From an uncultured Gemmatimonadales bacterium (lineage in GTDB: Bacteria > Gemmatimonadota > Gemmatimonadetes > Gemmatimonadales > Gemmatimonadaceae), in the NCBI GenBank assembly GCA_963701965.1, contig OY969695.1:3488001-3552000 (forward strand): DNA of 64,000 nucleotides, read 5' to 3'. The translations under genes and the position numbers were made by a program. Shown piece by piece: positions 37,573 through 47,396 of this stretch. The number at the start of each line of letters is the position of its first letter. The first letter of the stretch is position 1. Below the pieces are notes generated by a model. It did no database searches. It was not told the DNA's origin and was given only the letters and a program-made list of their open reading frames with translations.

Positions 37573-39915
37573 CTATATCCCCAACGTCAGGCGAAAGTTA
37601 ACCGCGAACGGACGTCCGATGGACGCGCCGCTGAAGAACGCGCCTTTCAAGATGTACTGGGAGTTGAAGAGATTCGTGAAGAACACTTCCGGGCGGATGT
37701 AGCCGCGCACGGTGAAGAAGGTGTACCCCAGGCTCAGATTCTGGATGTAGCTGGGATGGACCTTGTACTGCGAGTTGAAGCAGAAGAGACACGTCCCGTA
37801 CTGCTTGAAACCGGGTTGGAACGTGCCCTTCGACACGCTGCCGGTATCGTTCGGCACGGTGCCGTCGGGCGTCAGGCCGTTGGTCAAGCCGCTGCCGTAG
37901 ATCCCCGTCGCGCTGGCGTAGAAGCCGTGGGTGCTGTACATGATGTTGGCGACGGCCGAGACGCGCTGGTCGTGATCCAGGTCGAACGTGTAGTTGGGCG
38001 TCGAGATCGGGAAAAATCCGCCGGTGATGGGCCCGCGACCGTAGGCGTGATTGATCGCCAGGTTCACGTAGCCGGAGAACGGTCCATGGGGCTGCCACTC
38101 CAGAGCGTCCTCCACGCCGACCACCTGCACCTCGGCGATGTTCACGTCGGTCGTGATCGCCGATCCAGGCACGGTGTTGTCGTCGATCCCCGGCGTGCTG
38201 ACTTTGTGGTACACCGCCGCCTTGTTGATGAAGCCCAGCGGGAACCGGTGGATGTAGCCGCCTTCATAGAATGCGTCGCGCTCGGGGAGCGTGGGTGTCG
38301 TCGCGACGTTCTGGTCGCCGATCTGCGTGATCGACCGGAGGTCCTCGATGTTCGTGGGGATGAACTGCCGGCCGAAGTACAGGTAGATGGTGTTCGACGC
38401 ATCGGGGAAGAAATTCAACCGGACGCGCGGACTCCACTGGGTCTGGTTGCCGGCGAAGGGCGCGACGTGGCTGTCGAACCGCAAGCCCGCGCGAAGCTCG
38501 AACCACTCCACGGGCTTGAGTGACGTCTGGACGTAGCTGCCGAAGTCGTAGCCGTCGAGGGCCGAGACGGCCTGGATGGTACCCTGCCTGCCGGTGGGGT
38601 CGATGAGCTGGAAGTTCTCATTGCCGGACGTGTGGGAGTAGAGCGTGCCGATCTTGCCGTCCATGATGCCGCTGATGAGCGGGAACGACAGGTCCGTCTT
38701 GACGCCGATCGTATTGAAGCTCCGATTCTCCGACACGTTGCGCGGGGTCTGGGTCGGATCCTCGGCGTCAATGAAGCCCGGAACGTCCTGGCTGCCCGGC
38801 CGGTAGTCCAACGATCCATGGCGGTAGAACGGTCCCACGAACAACTCGGTCGGCGCGCTGCGCTCGTCGGTGCCCACCGAATCCCCGAACCAATGGCGAT
38901 AGCTCAAGTTCACGAACGCGTTCACGTCCGTCTGATGATCGTTCAGGATCGTACCGCCCGTGGAATCGAACGGGACGGCGAAGTTCGTGGTCGAGTAATT
39001 GCCGTCGAGCGACAGGAGGTCGCGGTTGCTCGCCGTGTACTGCAGCTTGCCGAACCCGAAGTAATCCTCGCCGTGGTTATGGAAGTTGATCGGCGAGTTC
39101 TGGGCGTTGCCCATCACGGGCTCGTTCCGCATGTCACTCCCCTGCGCCGTGCCGGAGACGAACGCGCCGAACTTGCCGCTGTTGCCGCTCATCGACAGCG
39201 CCTGGCCCAAGGCGCCGTATGAACCCCCGTACGTCGCTTCCTCGCCGTGGAATCCGCCGGCCGGGACGCGCGTCTGGATGTTGATCACGGCCACGTTCTT
39301 GCCGCCGTACTCCGCATCCCAGGCGCCGGTCTGGAAATCGATGCTCTGCACGACCGCGGGATCGAACAACTCATTGAGCGAGCCGGCCACGCCCGACGGC
39401 ACCGGTACGCCATCGACATAATACTGGTACTCGGCGTGCTGCCCGCGAATGTGCACTTCGCCCGTCGGCGCCCGGGCGGCGCCGGCCATCGCTTGCTGCA
39501 GAATGCCCAATGTCGTCGTGGTCGGGGCCGCGTGGGACTCGTTCTGCGTGTACGACTGGTCGCCGGATCGCGTGTCGATTTCGACGGGAGCCTTGGACGT
39601 GATCTGCACCGACTCCAGCGTCGTCGGCGCCGGCACGAGTCGGAAGTTCACGTGGACCGTGCCCGTCCCGATCGTCACGGGCCGGGACTGCGCGTGGAAC
39701 CCGATGAACCGGGCTTCGATCTGGTAGTCTCCGCCCGGTACATTGTGTATGATGAACCGGCCGAACGCATCGGTCGTCGTGTTGGCTACGACCGTGGTGC
39801 CGCGTTCGATCGCGATTTCGACGGCGGGCAATGGGCCCCCGGACGTGCTGTCGGTGACGGATCCGGCCACGTCACCATTGAGCGCGAGGGCGGCGGCTGC
39901 GATGAAAGTGAGCAT
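37573..39915 (-). CDS. TonB-dependent outer membrane receptor
   Basis: Signal peptide, carboxypeptidase-regulatory-like N domain, plug (HIRG...YYVDGVP...AEYGG), beta-barrel pattern, C-terminal GRPFAVNFRLTLGI. Confidence 0.9.
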   Translation of the reverse strand: MLTFIAAAALALNGDVAGSVTDSTSGGPLPAVEIAIERGTTVVANTTTDAFGRFIIHNVPGGDYQIEARFIGFHAQSRPVTIGTGTVHVNFRLVPAPTTLESVQITSKAPVEIDTRSGDQSYTQNESHAAPTTTTLGILQQAMAGAARAPTGEVHIRGQHAEYQYYVDGVPVPSGVAGSLNELFDPAVVQSIDFQTGAWDAEYGGKNVAVINIQTRVPAGGFHGEEATYGGSYGALGQALSMSGNSGKFGAFVSGTAQGSDMRNEPVMGNAQNSPINFHNHGEDYFGFGKLQYTASNRDLLSLDGNYSTTNFAVPFDSTGGTILNDHQTDVNAFVNLSYRHWFGDSVGTDERSAPTELFVGPFYRHGSLDYRPGSQDVPGFIDAEDPTQTPRNVSENRSFNTIGVKTDLSFPLISGIMDGKIGTLYSHTSGNENFQLIDPTGRQGTIQAVSALDGYDFGSYVQTSLKPVEWFELRAGLRFDSHVAPFAGNQTQWSPRVRLNFFPDASNTIYLYFGRQFIPTNIEDLRSITQIGDQNVATTPTLPERDAFYEGGYIHRFPLGFINKAAVYHKVSTPGIDDNTVPGSAITTDVNIAEVQVVGVEDALEWQPHGPFSGYVNLAINHAYGRGPITGGFFPISTPNYTFDLDHDQRVSAVANIMYSTHGFYASATGIYGSGLTNGLTPDGTVPNDTGSVSKGTFQPGFKQYGTCLFCFNSQYKVHPSYIQNLSLGYTFFTVRGYIRPEVFFTNLFNSQYILKGAFFSGASIGRPFAVNFRLTLGI

Positions 39916-39982
39916 GTTGACCAGACTATCGGCCGCCCTTCGGGTCGCCCACGAAAATTCAACGAATGGAGCGAATCGTCCG

Positions 39983-41551
39983 GTGAGTGGTCGGCGACGG
40001 AACGCCTATGGCGTGCTCGGCTGCTGGTCCCTGGTCACGATCGCCGCCTGCGGGGGCTCGGCCAGTGGTCCGTCCCCCAAGGGATCCTGCACACCGGCCA
40101 CCGTGTCGCTCGCGCCGCTCCACGGCGTGACGCTGGACTGCTCGACCGGCAGCGGTCTGACGCTCGACGGGAATGGCGCCACGTATCTCATCGTGCCGCA
40201 GTTTGCCACCGGCAACGTGGCGTATCAGTTCCAGAATTTCACGCTCAATCGCCGTCAGGCGCTCTTCGACCTGCACTTGAGACGCAAGGGGCAGCGGCTC
40301 GCCGCCGCGGCGGCGTCCATGGGTCCCATGGCGCCGGGTCCAGCGGCGGCCGTGACCGTCGGCAGCACGCGCACGTTCTGGGTATTCGCCGACACCAACG
40401 CCACGACGTACAAACTGGACACCGCCACGCTCCAGTTCGCGGGCGCCAACGTCTACGTGTATGTGGACAATGCGGCGCCGGCCAATGGGTTCAGCCCGAC
40501 CCAACTCCAAACGTTCGGCCAGCTCACCGATCAGGTGCTGTACCAACTCAATGTGACGACATTCGCGGCGCCGACGGACATCGACCACAACGGCCACGTG
40601 ATCATGCTGCTGTCGCCAGCCGTGAACGCGCTCACCCCGGCGAATGACTGCCGGACCGAAGGCTTCGTGGCCGGCTACTTCGACCCCAACGATCTCGCGC
40701 CCGGGAACGCGCACTCCAACCAGGGCGAAGTGTTCTATGGTATAGTGCCCGATCCCGATGGGACCGCGCACAGCTGCGCGCATCTCGTGGCCGATGTCGA
40801 CGGCATCATCCCCGGGACGTTCCTGCACGAGCTGCAACACATGATCAACTACGGCCACCACGTCCTGATCAATGGCGGGAGCGCCGAGGAAGGGTGGCTC
40901 GACGAAGGGATGAGCATCGTCGCCACGGAACTGGGCGCGCGATACTACAACGCCAAGCATCCGCCGGCCAACGGCCGGATTTTCACCGATTCGGCGGTGC
41001 CGTACATCGAGGAGCAGCTCAACGACTCCTACGACTACCTCGCGAATCCCGATACGGCATCCCTGACACTGCACACGGACGCCGACTGTTGCCTGGAGTG
41101 GCGCGGCGGTGACTGGCTCCTGATGCGGTACCTCGGGGATCAAAAGGGAGACCCGGTCTTTCACGCGCTGGAGACGTCCACCGCGACTGGCACGGCAAAC
41201 ATCGCCCAAGCGTCGGGCCTGCCCTTTTCGGTCTTCTTCGGCAACTTCGGTATCGCCGCTTATACCGACAGTATCCCGGGAGTCGCGCGGAGCGCGATCC
41301 CCGCTCCGTATCGCTTTACGTCGTACAACTTGCGTGACCTGTACGCACTCGTTCATAACATCTACCCGCTTCTTCCAGCGACCCTCACCAGCGCGGGCCT
41401 GTCGGGGAAGATCGTGCCGGGCACGAGCGCCTATTATCAGCTGGCGACGCCGGCGGGCTCGGGCTCCGTCTCGCTCACGTTCGGTGGAACGGGCGGCGGG
41501 GTGTTCCCGGCGTCGCTCCATCCGCAGGTCAACGTGTTTCGCCTCGAGTGA
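39983..41551 (+). CDS. Lipoprotein zinc metallopeptidase (M30/hyicolysin-like)
   Basis: Lipobox IAAC; DIDHNGHVIMLLSP, GYF, HELQHMINY...WLDEGMS. Start GTG 39983 is inferred. Confidence 0.75.
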   Translation: MSGRRRNAYGVLGCWSLVTIAACGGSASGPSPKGSCTPATVSLAPLHGVTLDCSTGSGLTLDGNGATYLIVPQFATGNVAYQFQNFTLNRRQALFDLHLRRKGQRLAAAAASMGPMAPGPAAAVTVGSTRTFWVFADTNATTYKLDTATLQFAGANVYVYVDNAAPANGFSPTQLQTFGQLTDQVLYQLNVTTFAAPTDIDHNGHVIMLLSPAVNALTPANDCRTEGFVAGYFDPNDLAPGNAHSNQGEVFYGIVPDPDGTAHSCAHLVADVDGIIPGTFLHELQHMINYGHHVLINGGSAEEGWLDEGMSIVATELGARYYNAKHPPANGRIFTDSAVPYIEEQLNDSYDYLANPDTASLTLHTDADCCLEWRGGDWLLMRYLGDQKGDPVFHALETSTATGTANIAQASGLPFSVFFGNFGIAAYTDSIPGVARSAIPAPYRFTSYNLRDLYALVHNIYPLLPATLTSAGLSGKIVPGTSAYYQLATPAGSGSVSLTFGGTGGGVFPASLHPQVNVFRLE

Positions 41552-41554
41552 CGG

Positions 41555-42508
41555 TCACGGGAACGGCACGCCACCCATCTGCGCCACGCCCATCATCCCG
41601 GACATGGCCTTCCAGTCGGCGACCGTGGTGACGGACGAGACGTCGTCCCGATAGCGGGCGGCGGCGGCGACGACCTCGGCGCGTTTGCGCGCGCGTGGCA
41701 CGTCGTTCGACGCCAGGATGTCGGCGACGACGTCGTGAAAGGCGTGCAAGTTGTCGAAGATGATCGCCGCCTCCGGATAGCGCCCGGCGAACGCGGGCGC
41801 GACGCCGGCGGTCATCGGCATCACGCTCGGCATCCGCGAGGGGGCCTCGGCCAGCATGCCCCGGAACCGCGCGACCGCCGAGTCGACGTTTGCCCGCCGC
41901 TCGGCGGGTGTCGCGCCCCGCATCAAGGCATCATACAGGACGACCTGCAGCCAGTGATACGACCACAGCAGGCCCGTGAACTTCGGGTAGCGCTTCCGAA
42001 AAGCCAGGGAGTAGTACTGGCCATCCATCAGGGACATGCGCTTCGGGCTGCTGCTGAATGCCAGATCGTGGCGCGAACGATAGTAGCGGATGGCCGTGGC
42101 CACCGCGGTGTCCTTCGCCGCCGTTGGAATCCGGTCGTCGGCCCAGATGTCGTAGATCTGCCGGTGCAGCATGTGCGCCCACTCGAACATCGCGTGGGCC
42201 TCGGGAATGAGGCGCGCGTAGTCGGGGCCGATGGCTTCTTCGTCCAACGGGACCGCGGGCGGGTGCACCAACAGTCGGGTCGTGATAAACGTGAATCGAT
42301 CGTCCTCGATGCGGCTCACCGGACCGTCCGGGTGCGCGATCAGCTCCTCGTACACGATCGCGTGCCCATAGTCGAACGCGTTGAACAGCCGGTCGGCCTG
42401 GGCATACTGATGCCGAAACGCCCAGTTGTGCGACGCGGGGAAATACGTCTGCTCGTAGTATCCGCAGCCCGCGACCAGCAGCAACGCCGCGACGCCCCTA
42501 GTGCGCAC
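41555..42508 (-). CDS. Hypothetical lipoprotein with four His/Asp-containing helical repeats
   Basis: Lipobox VAGC; four copies of an F..RYP....F...H..H...YD.L-like motif. Confidence 0.8.
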   Translation of the reverse strand: MRTRGVAALLLVAGCGYYEQTYFPASHNWAFRHQYAQADRLFNAFDYGHAIVYEELIAHPDGPVSRIEDDRFTFITTRLLVHPPAVPLDEEAIGPDYARLIPEAHAMFEWAHMLHRQIYDIWADDRIPTAAKDTAVATAIRYYRSRHDLAFSSSPKRMSLMDGQYYSLAFRKRYPKFTGLLWSYHWLQVVLYDALMRGATPAERRANVDSAVARFRGMLAEAPSRMPSVMPMTAGVAPAFAGRYPEAAIIFDNLHAFHDVVADILASNDVPRARKRAEVVAAAARYRDDVSSVTTVADWKAMSGMMGVAQMGGVPFP

Positions 42509-43490
42509 CAGGCTTGGCCTCGGGCACGAGCGCCGGGAGCGCGAAGGTGTACGACGTGCCGAGCGTCACCAGCCACGCGGGTCGGAGCCCGCTGAACAGC
42601 CGGCCCACCCCAGCGTCGAGCACGAAGCGCGGCGAGAGTTGCTTTCGGAATCCCAGCTCCAATGTCCAATCATCCGGTCGCGGCGGTCCGCCGCTGTAGC
42701 GGGACACGACGATATCGCCCACGACGAGCCACGAGGCCAGCGGGAAGGTGCGGTCGAGAGCCAGACCAGCGGATATCACGTTGCCGCTGCTCTGGGTCGG
42801 CGACGATGCGGCCGGTGGGGCTGTTTGCTGACTCCCAATGTCGTCGGCGACGACGCCGCAGGGGATATCGGGAATAGGCGGCGGAGGTGCCGGGCAATTC
42901 ACCGTGCATCCCGGTGCCGGCGCGGGAGCGCTCGCTACGTGATACGAGCTATAGGTGACGTTGGCGTGCACACGAAACGCGCCCAGGGTCCGAGTGGCCA
43001 TCGCCCGGCCCTCGAATAGTGTCCCCGTCGTGGTGGCGCCGGCCGCCGGAAACGCGACTTCCCCCCGCACCGCGAACGCGGGGAGCCACGTGCTCTCGTT
43101 ATTGAAGTTGTACATCGCGCCCAGCCCGAACTGCGTGAGCCCGTGGCTGGGCGTGGCGCCGCGCTCCCGAAGGATGAACGGCGCCAGGAGCTCGATCTCG
43201 GCGCGGGGCAGGATGCCGTAGGAGAGCGCCGGCTCCAGCGTCACACGGGTCAGGCCGCCACTGAACAGCGCAACCGTCGCCGGCGCGAGATCCAGCTCAA
43301 TGGCTTGTCGAGGCGTCACCGCCGCCTCTTCGACGCTGGATGGCCGTCCGGGTGACAGGTCGTGGTATTCGGTCTGCGCGGCCGCGGCGCCCGCGAAGAG
43401 CCAGGCGCCGATCGGCAGCAGGATCCTCAGGACGACGTGAGGCGGGCCAGACCCTTGCTGACGCGGATGCGGTCGATCTCGCGGCCCCAT
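42498..43490 (-). CDS. Putative outer-membrane beta-barrel (MetA-pathway / 'transporter'-like)
   Basis: Signal ending AAAAQ, RP motif near the N-terminus, alternating strands, end VTLGTSYTF. Start uncertain (43490 or near 43430). Confidence 0.6.
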   Translation of the reverse strand: MGPRDRPHPRQQGSGPPHVVLRILLPIGAWLFAGAAAAQTEYHDLSPGRPSSVEEAAVTPRQAIELDLAPATVALFSGGLTRVTLEPALSYGILPRAEIELLAPFILRERGATPSHGLTQFGLGAMYNFNNESTWLPAFAVRGEVAFPAAGATTTGTLFEGRAMATRTLGAFRVHANVTYSSYHVASAPAPAPGCTVNCPAPPPPIPDIPCGVVADDIGSQQTAPPAASSPTQSSGNVISAGLALDRTFPLASWLVVGDIVVSRYSGGPPRPDDWTLELGFRKQLSPRFVLDAGVGRLFSGLRPAWLVTLGTSYTFALPALVPEAKPGAH

Positions 43491-44993
43491 TGATCGATCT
43501 GCGTCAGCGTGAGATTCGCACCGTCAATGTCGAAGACGGTGAACGAGTGGCGATCGGAGACCATACGCGCGACGTAGGCGACGCGGCCATCGTCGTCGTG
43601 CAGCCATTGCTCCGGGGCATCGGTGAAGCCTGGATCATACAGAATGCTTTCCGCCAGCCCCGGTCGTGATGTACTGGACGCCGTTGGCGTGGGTCGTGGT
43701 CTCTCCGTCGAAATGCTCGTCGACGTGGAACGTCCCCGGGGTCCGCCGGTCCTTGCCGAAGCGGTTGGCGGCGTTGGCCGTGCTCGACGCCAGAAAGGTC
43801 AGCGGCCGCGTGCGCTGGTAATTGTGCTCGTGTCCACTGAGCACGAAGTCCACGCGATGGCGCTCCAGCACGGGGCTCAGCGCCCGCATGTGCTGCTCCG
43901 TGTAATGCTCGAGGCCAACGTTGAACGCCGGATGGTGGTAGACCACGAACTTCCATCGCGCGTCCGTCGCGCCCAGGTCGGCGTCAATGTACGCCGCCCA
44001 TCCGGCATCGGTGGGATCCACGTACGAGTTCGAATCCAGACAGAGAAAGTGCGTGTCGCCGTAGTCGAAGCTGTAATTCCCCATCCGCGGAAACCGATCG
44101 CCGGCGCACCGGGTGAAATCGTCGACACGCGCGCTGGCGCCCGCGATGGGCATGGGTTGTGGAGGCGCCACCGGCCCGTTCAACGGCAGGTACATGTTGG
44201 TGAAGTAGCCGAGGGCGTCCGCGTTGGTGTCGAAGTCGGCGACGACGTGGCCGTTGGCATCCTTCCCGTGCACATCGTGATTGGCCAGCACGGTATAGAA
44301 GGGCACCGACCGGAGCAGGGGCGCCCCGACGCCGGGGCTCGCCACCTCGGCGTTGTAGATGGGGAAGAAATAGCGCTGATACTCATCGTCGCGCCCGCTC
44401 TCATACACGTTGTCGCCGGTATTCATGACGAAGTCCGGGCGCGCGTGGTAGGCCCAGTACGCGATCGCCCGCTGCCCCATCTCGCCGTAGGAGTTGTCAC
44501 CGAAGGCGACGAATCGCACCGCCGTCCCCCGCGGCTTGCGCGTCGTGCAGTATCCCTCGGCGACGAGGCTCTCGCCCTGCTTCACGCGATAGTGGTAGGT
44601 CGTGGCGAGCCGGAGTCCGGTCAGCGTGGCCGCGTAGTTGAGCCGGCCCTCGCCCTCCTTCTTTGGATCGCCACCGGAACGCGACGCGCGCACGACAGTC
44701 GCCCGGCGGCCGTAGCGCGGCGTCAGGCCGTACTCCACGGTGAAGTCCGCCGGCCGGGAGTCGGTCTGCCAAGCGACGACGACGGATTCGTTCCCTTCGT
44801 TCAGGGGTCCGCCTGCGGGGCCGGGCTGGATATAGGGGACGGCCGTGAACAGCACGGGCGCGCGGGGCAACACGCCGGGTTTGGTCGCGTCGGCCTCCAA
44901 CGCAAACAGGCCGCGTCCAACGGGCAGGAGGCCCAGCACCGTGATGCCGCCGGCTGCCTTGAGCAGCTCGCGCCGCGTGATGTCGTTTGTCAT
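43427..44993 (-). CDS. Tat-exported purple-acid-phosphatase-like metallophosphoesterase (one-base insertion at 43643-43644)
   Basis: TRRELLK twin-arginine signal; FN3-like domain; FGD, TGDNVY, ANHD, HHP, GHEHNY. Removing one base restores KHLYDP...HSFTVFDIDG...EIDRI to a stop at 43427. Confidence 0.85.
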
Positions 44994-45122
44994 GGGTATG
45001 GTACGAACGTGACGCCACGCGCAATGCGAGGCCAGTATGCGCGAGGGCCGTGAGCAACCTGTTACCCGGTTGCGCCTTCCGAAACCGGGTTACGCCGCGC
45101 GCGCCGGGCGCGTCCGCCAAAT

Positions 45123-45896
45123 GTGAGGCGGCCTATCCTCCTATTCGCGCTCGCGGTCGCGCTGGGCGTGGCCGGATTCGTCCACCGGCGGGCCGCGCCC
45201 GCCGGACCGGTCCTGACCGAAGCCGACAGCCTGCGGATCGTCCAGGCGTACGACGCGCAGGTGGCCAACCAAGGCGGGTCCTACGAGCCACCCGACTGGC
45301 TGCGAGCGATCCATTTGGCGCGGCTGCGCGCGACGGCCCTCCGGCAGATCGCCGGCGACACCGGGGCCGATGCGGCGCCCGCGGCGGTCGATTCGATCCT
45401 CGATGCGGAGGGCGGGGGCACGTACCTGAGGGCCATCCTGGCTGACCATGAGGGCCGCATCCGGCGCTGGCCGGCGCGCGATCGCCCGCTCGCGCTGTGG
45501 GTCGCGCCCCATCCCTACGCGGGCGTCGTGCGGGCGGCCTTCCTCCGGTGGAACGAAGCGAACGCCGGCATCGGGTACGCCATGACCGACGATTCGACCC
45601 AAGCCAATGTCCACGTGACTTGGAGCGAGAGTTTGCCCGTCACCGGCGAGCTGGGCACGACGTTCCGGCTGACGGACGAGGCGGGACGCATCGCGATCGC
45701 CCACGTAGTGCTCCTGTCGACGGCGAGCGTCGAGGGCATACAGAACGCTGCCCTGCACGAGGCGGGGCATGCCCTCGGCCTGGATCACTCGCCCGACAAG
45801 AACGACATTATGGCGGCCGTGTCCAATGGCCGGCAGTACCAGCTGAGCGACGCCGACTCGAGAACTCTACGCTTACTCTACCGTCTGCCGTTCTAG
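45123..45896 (+). CDS. Matrixin (M10) family metalloprotease
   Basis: HEAGHALGLDH followed by the Met-turn DIM; N-terminal signal or TM segment. Confidence 0.88.
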   Translation: MRRPILLFALAVALGVAGFVHRRAAPAGPVLTEADSLRIVQAYDAQVANQGGSYEPPDWLRAIHLARLRATALRQIAGDTGADAAPAAVDSILDAEGGGTYLRAILADHEGRIRRWPARDRPLALWVAPHPYAGVVRAAFLRWNEANAGIGYAMTDDSTQANVHVTWSESLPVTGELGTTFRLTDEAGRIAIAHVVLLSTASVEGIQNAALHEAGHALGLDHSPDKNDIMAAVSNGRQYQLSDADSRTLRLLYRLPF

Positions 45897-45904
45897 CGCT
45901 CGCA

Positions 45905-46990
45905 ATGGTGCAACAGCAGGACTTCCCGGCCGCGTTCGACCGCTACGTCCACACGGATAGCGTCGTCGGCGGAGCCTACGTGGTCGTGGACCGGGGCCGG
46001 GCGGTGGAGTGGCACACCGTCGGCATGGCCGATCGCGAGCGGCACCAGGCGGTCGACAGCGCGACGATCTTCCACTGGGCGTCGATCACGAAGACGTTGA
46101 CAGCGATCGCCATCATGCAGCTCCGTGACCGCCACCGATTGTCGCTCGATGACCGGATCGTCACCTACTGTCCCGAGCTGACGGCGGTGCACGCTGATAC
46201 GGGGTCGGTGCGCGACGTCACCCTGCGCCAGCTGCTGTCGCACACCGCGGGGTTCCAGAACGCGACCTGGCCGTACAAGCAGGGCCTCCCCTGGGAACCG
46301 TTCGAGCCCACGCGCTGGGAGCAGCTGGTGGCGATGATGCCGTACCAGCAGCTCGCCTTTCGACCGGGCGAACGCTACTCCTACTCGAATCCGGGCTTCA
46401 TCTACTTGGGCCGCGTCATCGAGGCACTCGGCGGCGATCCCTACGCCGTGTACATCGAGAAGAACATCCTCGGGCCCCTGGGGATGACGCACAGCTACAT
46501 GAACGTCACGCCCTATCACCTCGCGGGGCACCGCGCCAACAACTACACCGTCCTGGAGAACGGGACGGTCCAGGCCAATGGCCGCGAGTTCGATACGGGG
46601 ATCACGACGGCCAACAGCGGCCTCAACGCCCCGCTCGGCGACATGGTACGCTATGTCGGGTTTCTCGCCGCGGCGGCATCCGACGTTCTGGCGCATGGGA
46701 CGCTCGAGGAGATGTGGCGTCCAGTCGCCCGGGTCGAGCCGGGCTCATGGCCCGAGACGCCGGCCGCGGGCTCGTCCATAGGGCTCTCGTTCTTCATCTT
46801 TCCGCGGGGCGGTGCGACGTTCGTCGGCCACACGGGCGAGCAGGCCGGATTTCGAAGCTTTTTGTTCTTGAATCCCGCCAATGGCAAGGCGATCGTGGGA
46901 TCGCTCAACACGACGCACGCAGAAAACAGCGGCGCGTCGGCCGCGGGCTACAATGATCTGCGCGAGCGGGCGTTCCAGCTGCTCCGCTGA
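45905..46990 (+). CDS. Serine hydrolase, beta-lactamase/AmpC-like family
   Basis: ASITK (SxxK), LLSHTAG, YSYSN (YxN), GHTG. Start uncertain. Confidence 0.9.
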   Translation: MVQQQDFPAAFDRYVHTDSVVGGAYVVVDRGRAVEWHTVGMADRERHQAVDSATIFHWASITKTLTAIAIMQLRDRHRLSLDDRIVTYCPELTAVHADTGSVRDVTLRQLLSHTAGFQNATWPYKQGLPWEPFEPTRWEQLVAMMPYQQLAFRPGERYSYSNPGFIYLGRVIEALGGDPYAVYIEKNILGPLGMTHSYMNVTPYHLAGHRANNYTVLENGTVQANGREFDTGITTANSGLNAPLGDMVRYVGFLAAAASDVLAHGTLEEMWRPVARVEPGSWPETPAAGSSIGLSFFIFPRGGATFVGHTGEQAGFRSFLFLNPANGKAIVGSLNTTHAENSGASAAGYNDLRERAFQLLR

Positions 46991-46993
46991 CCG

Positions 46994-47272
46994 CTACTTC
47001 AAATAACTCTTGATGATATCGACGAGCTGCTCGGCGGCCTGATGCTCGTGGGAGCCGGGCGCCGAGTCCGGCGGCAGCACGTGATAGCGCACGTGATCTT
47101 CGAGAATCTCGGCCATGAGCGCGTTGATGGCCCCGCGGCACGCGGCCAACGTATGGAGCGCGCGCTCGCAGTCGACCTCCTCCGCCAGCAACTCCTCGAC
47201 GGCGCCCACCTGGCCGCGAATCCGCTTGATGCGGTTGATCAGCTTCTGCTTCTCGCGGATGGTATGCGACAT
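46994..47272 (-). CDS. rcnR: RcnR/CsoR-family Ni/Co-sensing repressor
   Basis: MSHTIREKQKL...RGQV; H3, C35, H60, H64 fingerprint; C-terminal IKSYLK; 92 aa. Confidence 0.85.
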   Translation of the reverse strand: MSHTIREKQKLINRIKRIRGQVGAVEELLAEEVDCERALHTLAACRGAINALMAEILEDHVRYHVLPPDSAPGSHEHQAAEQLVDIIKSYLK

Positions 47273-47299
47273 ACCGAACAGTATACCGTGGAAGGGTAT
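47271..47299. promoter_or_regulatory. Candidate RcnR-family operator overlapping a -10 box
   Basis: ATACC-GTGGAAG-GGTAT (47283-47299) and ATAC-N6-GTAT (47271-47284); TATACT on the minus strand at 47285-47280. Confidence 0.6.
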
Positions 47300-47396
47300 C
47301 GGCGCCAGCGACGGCGCTTGCGACGGCACCCGTGCCGGGTTTTTGGCTCGCGTCATGCATTAACGACTGGCATTCATCACAGTCGAGGGTGGGGCC

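Noticed and set aside
39926..39933. GCCGATAG sigma28-like -10 box upstream of the TonB receptor
   Set aside because: No TAAA-like -35 at 14-16 nt; the overlapping TAGTCT-N7-ATG explains the site better.
45905..46990. Antibiotic-resistance beta-lactamase
   Set aside because: SxxK/YxN/HTG motifs define a broad serine hydrolase family; nothing indicates a true AmpC.
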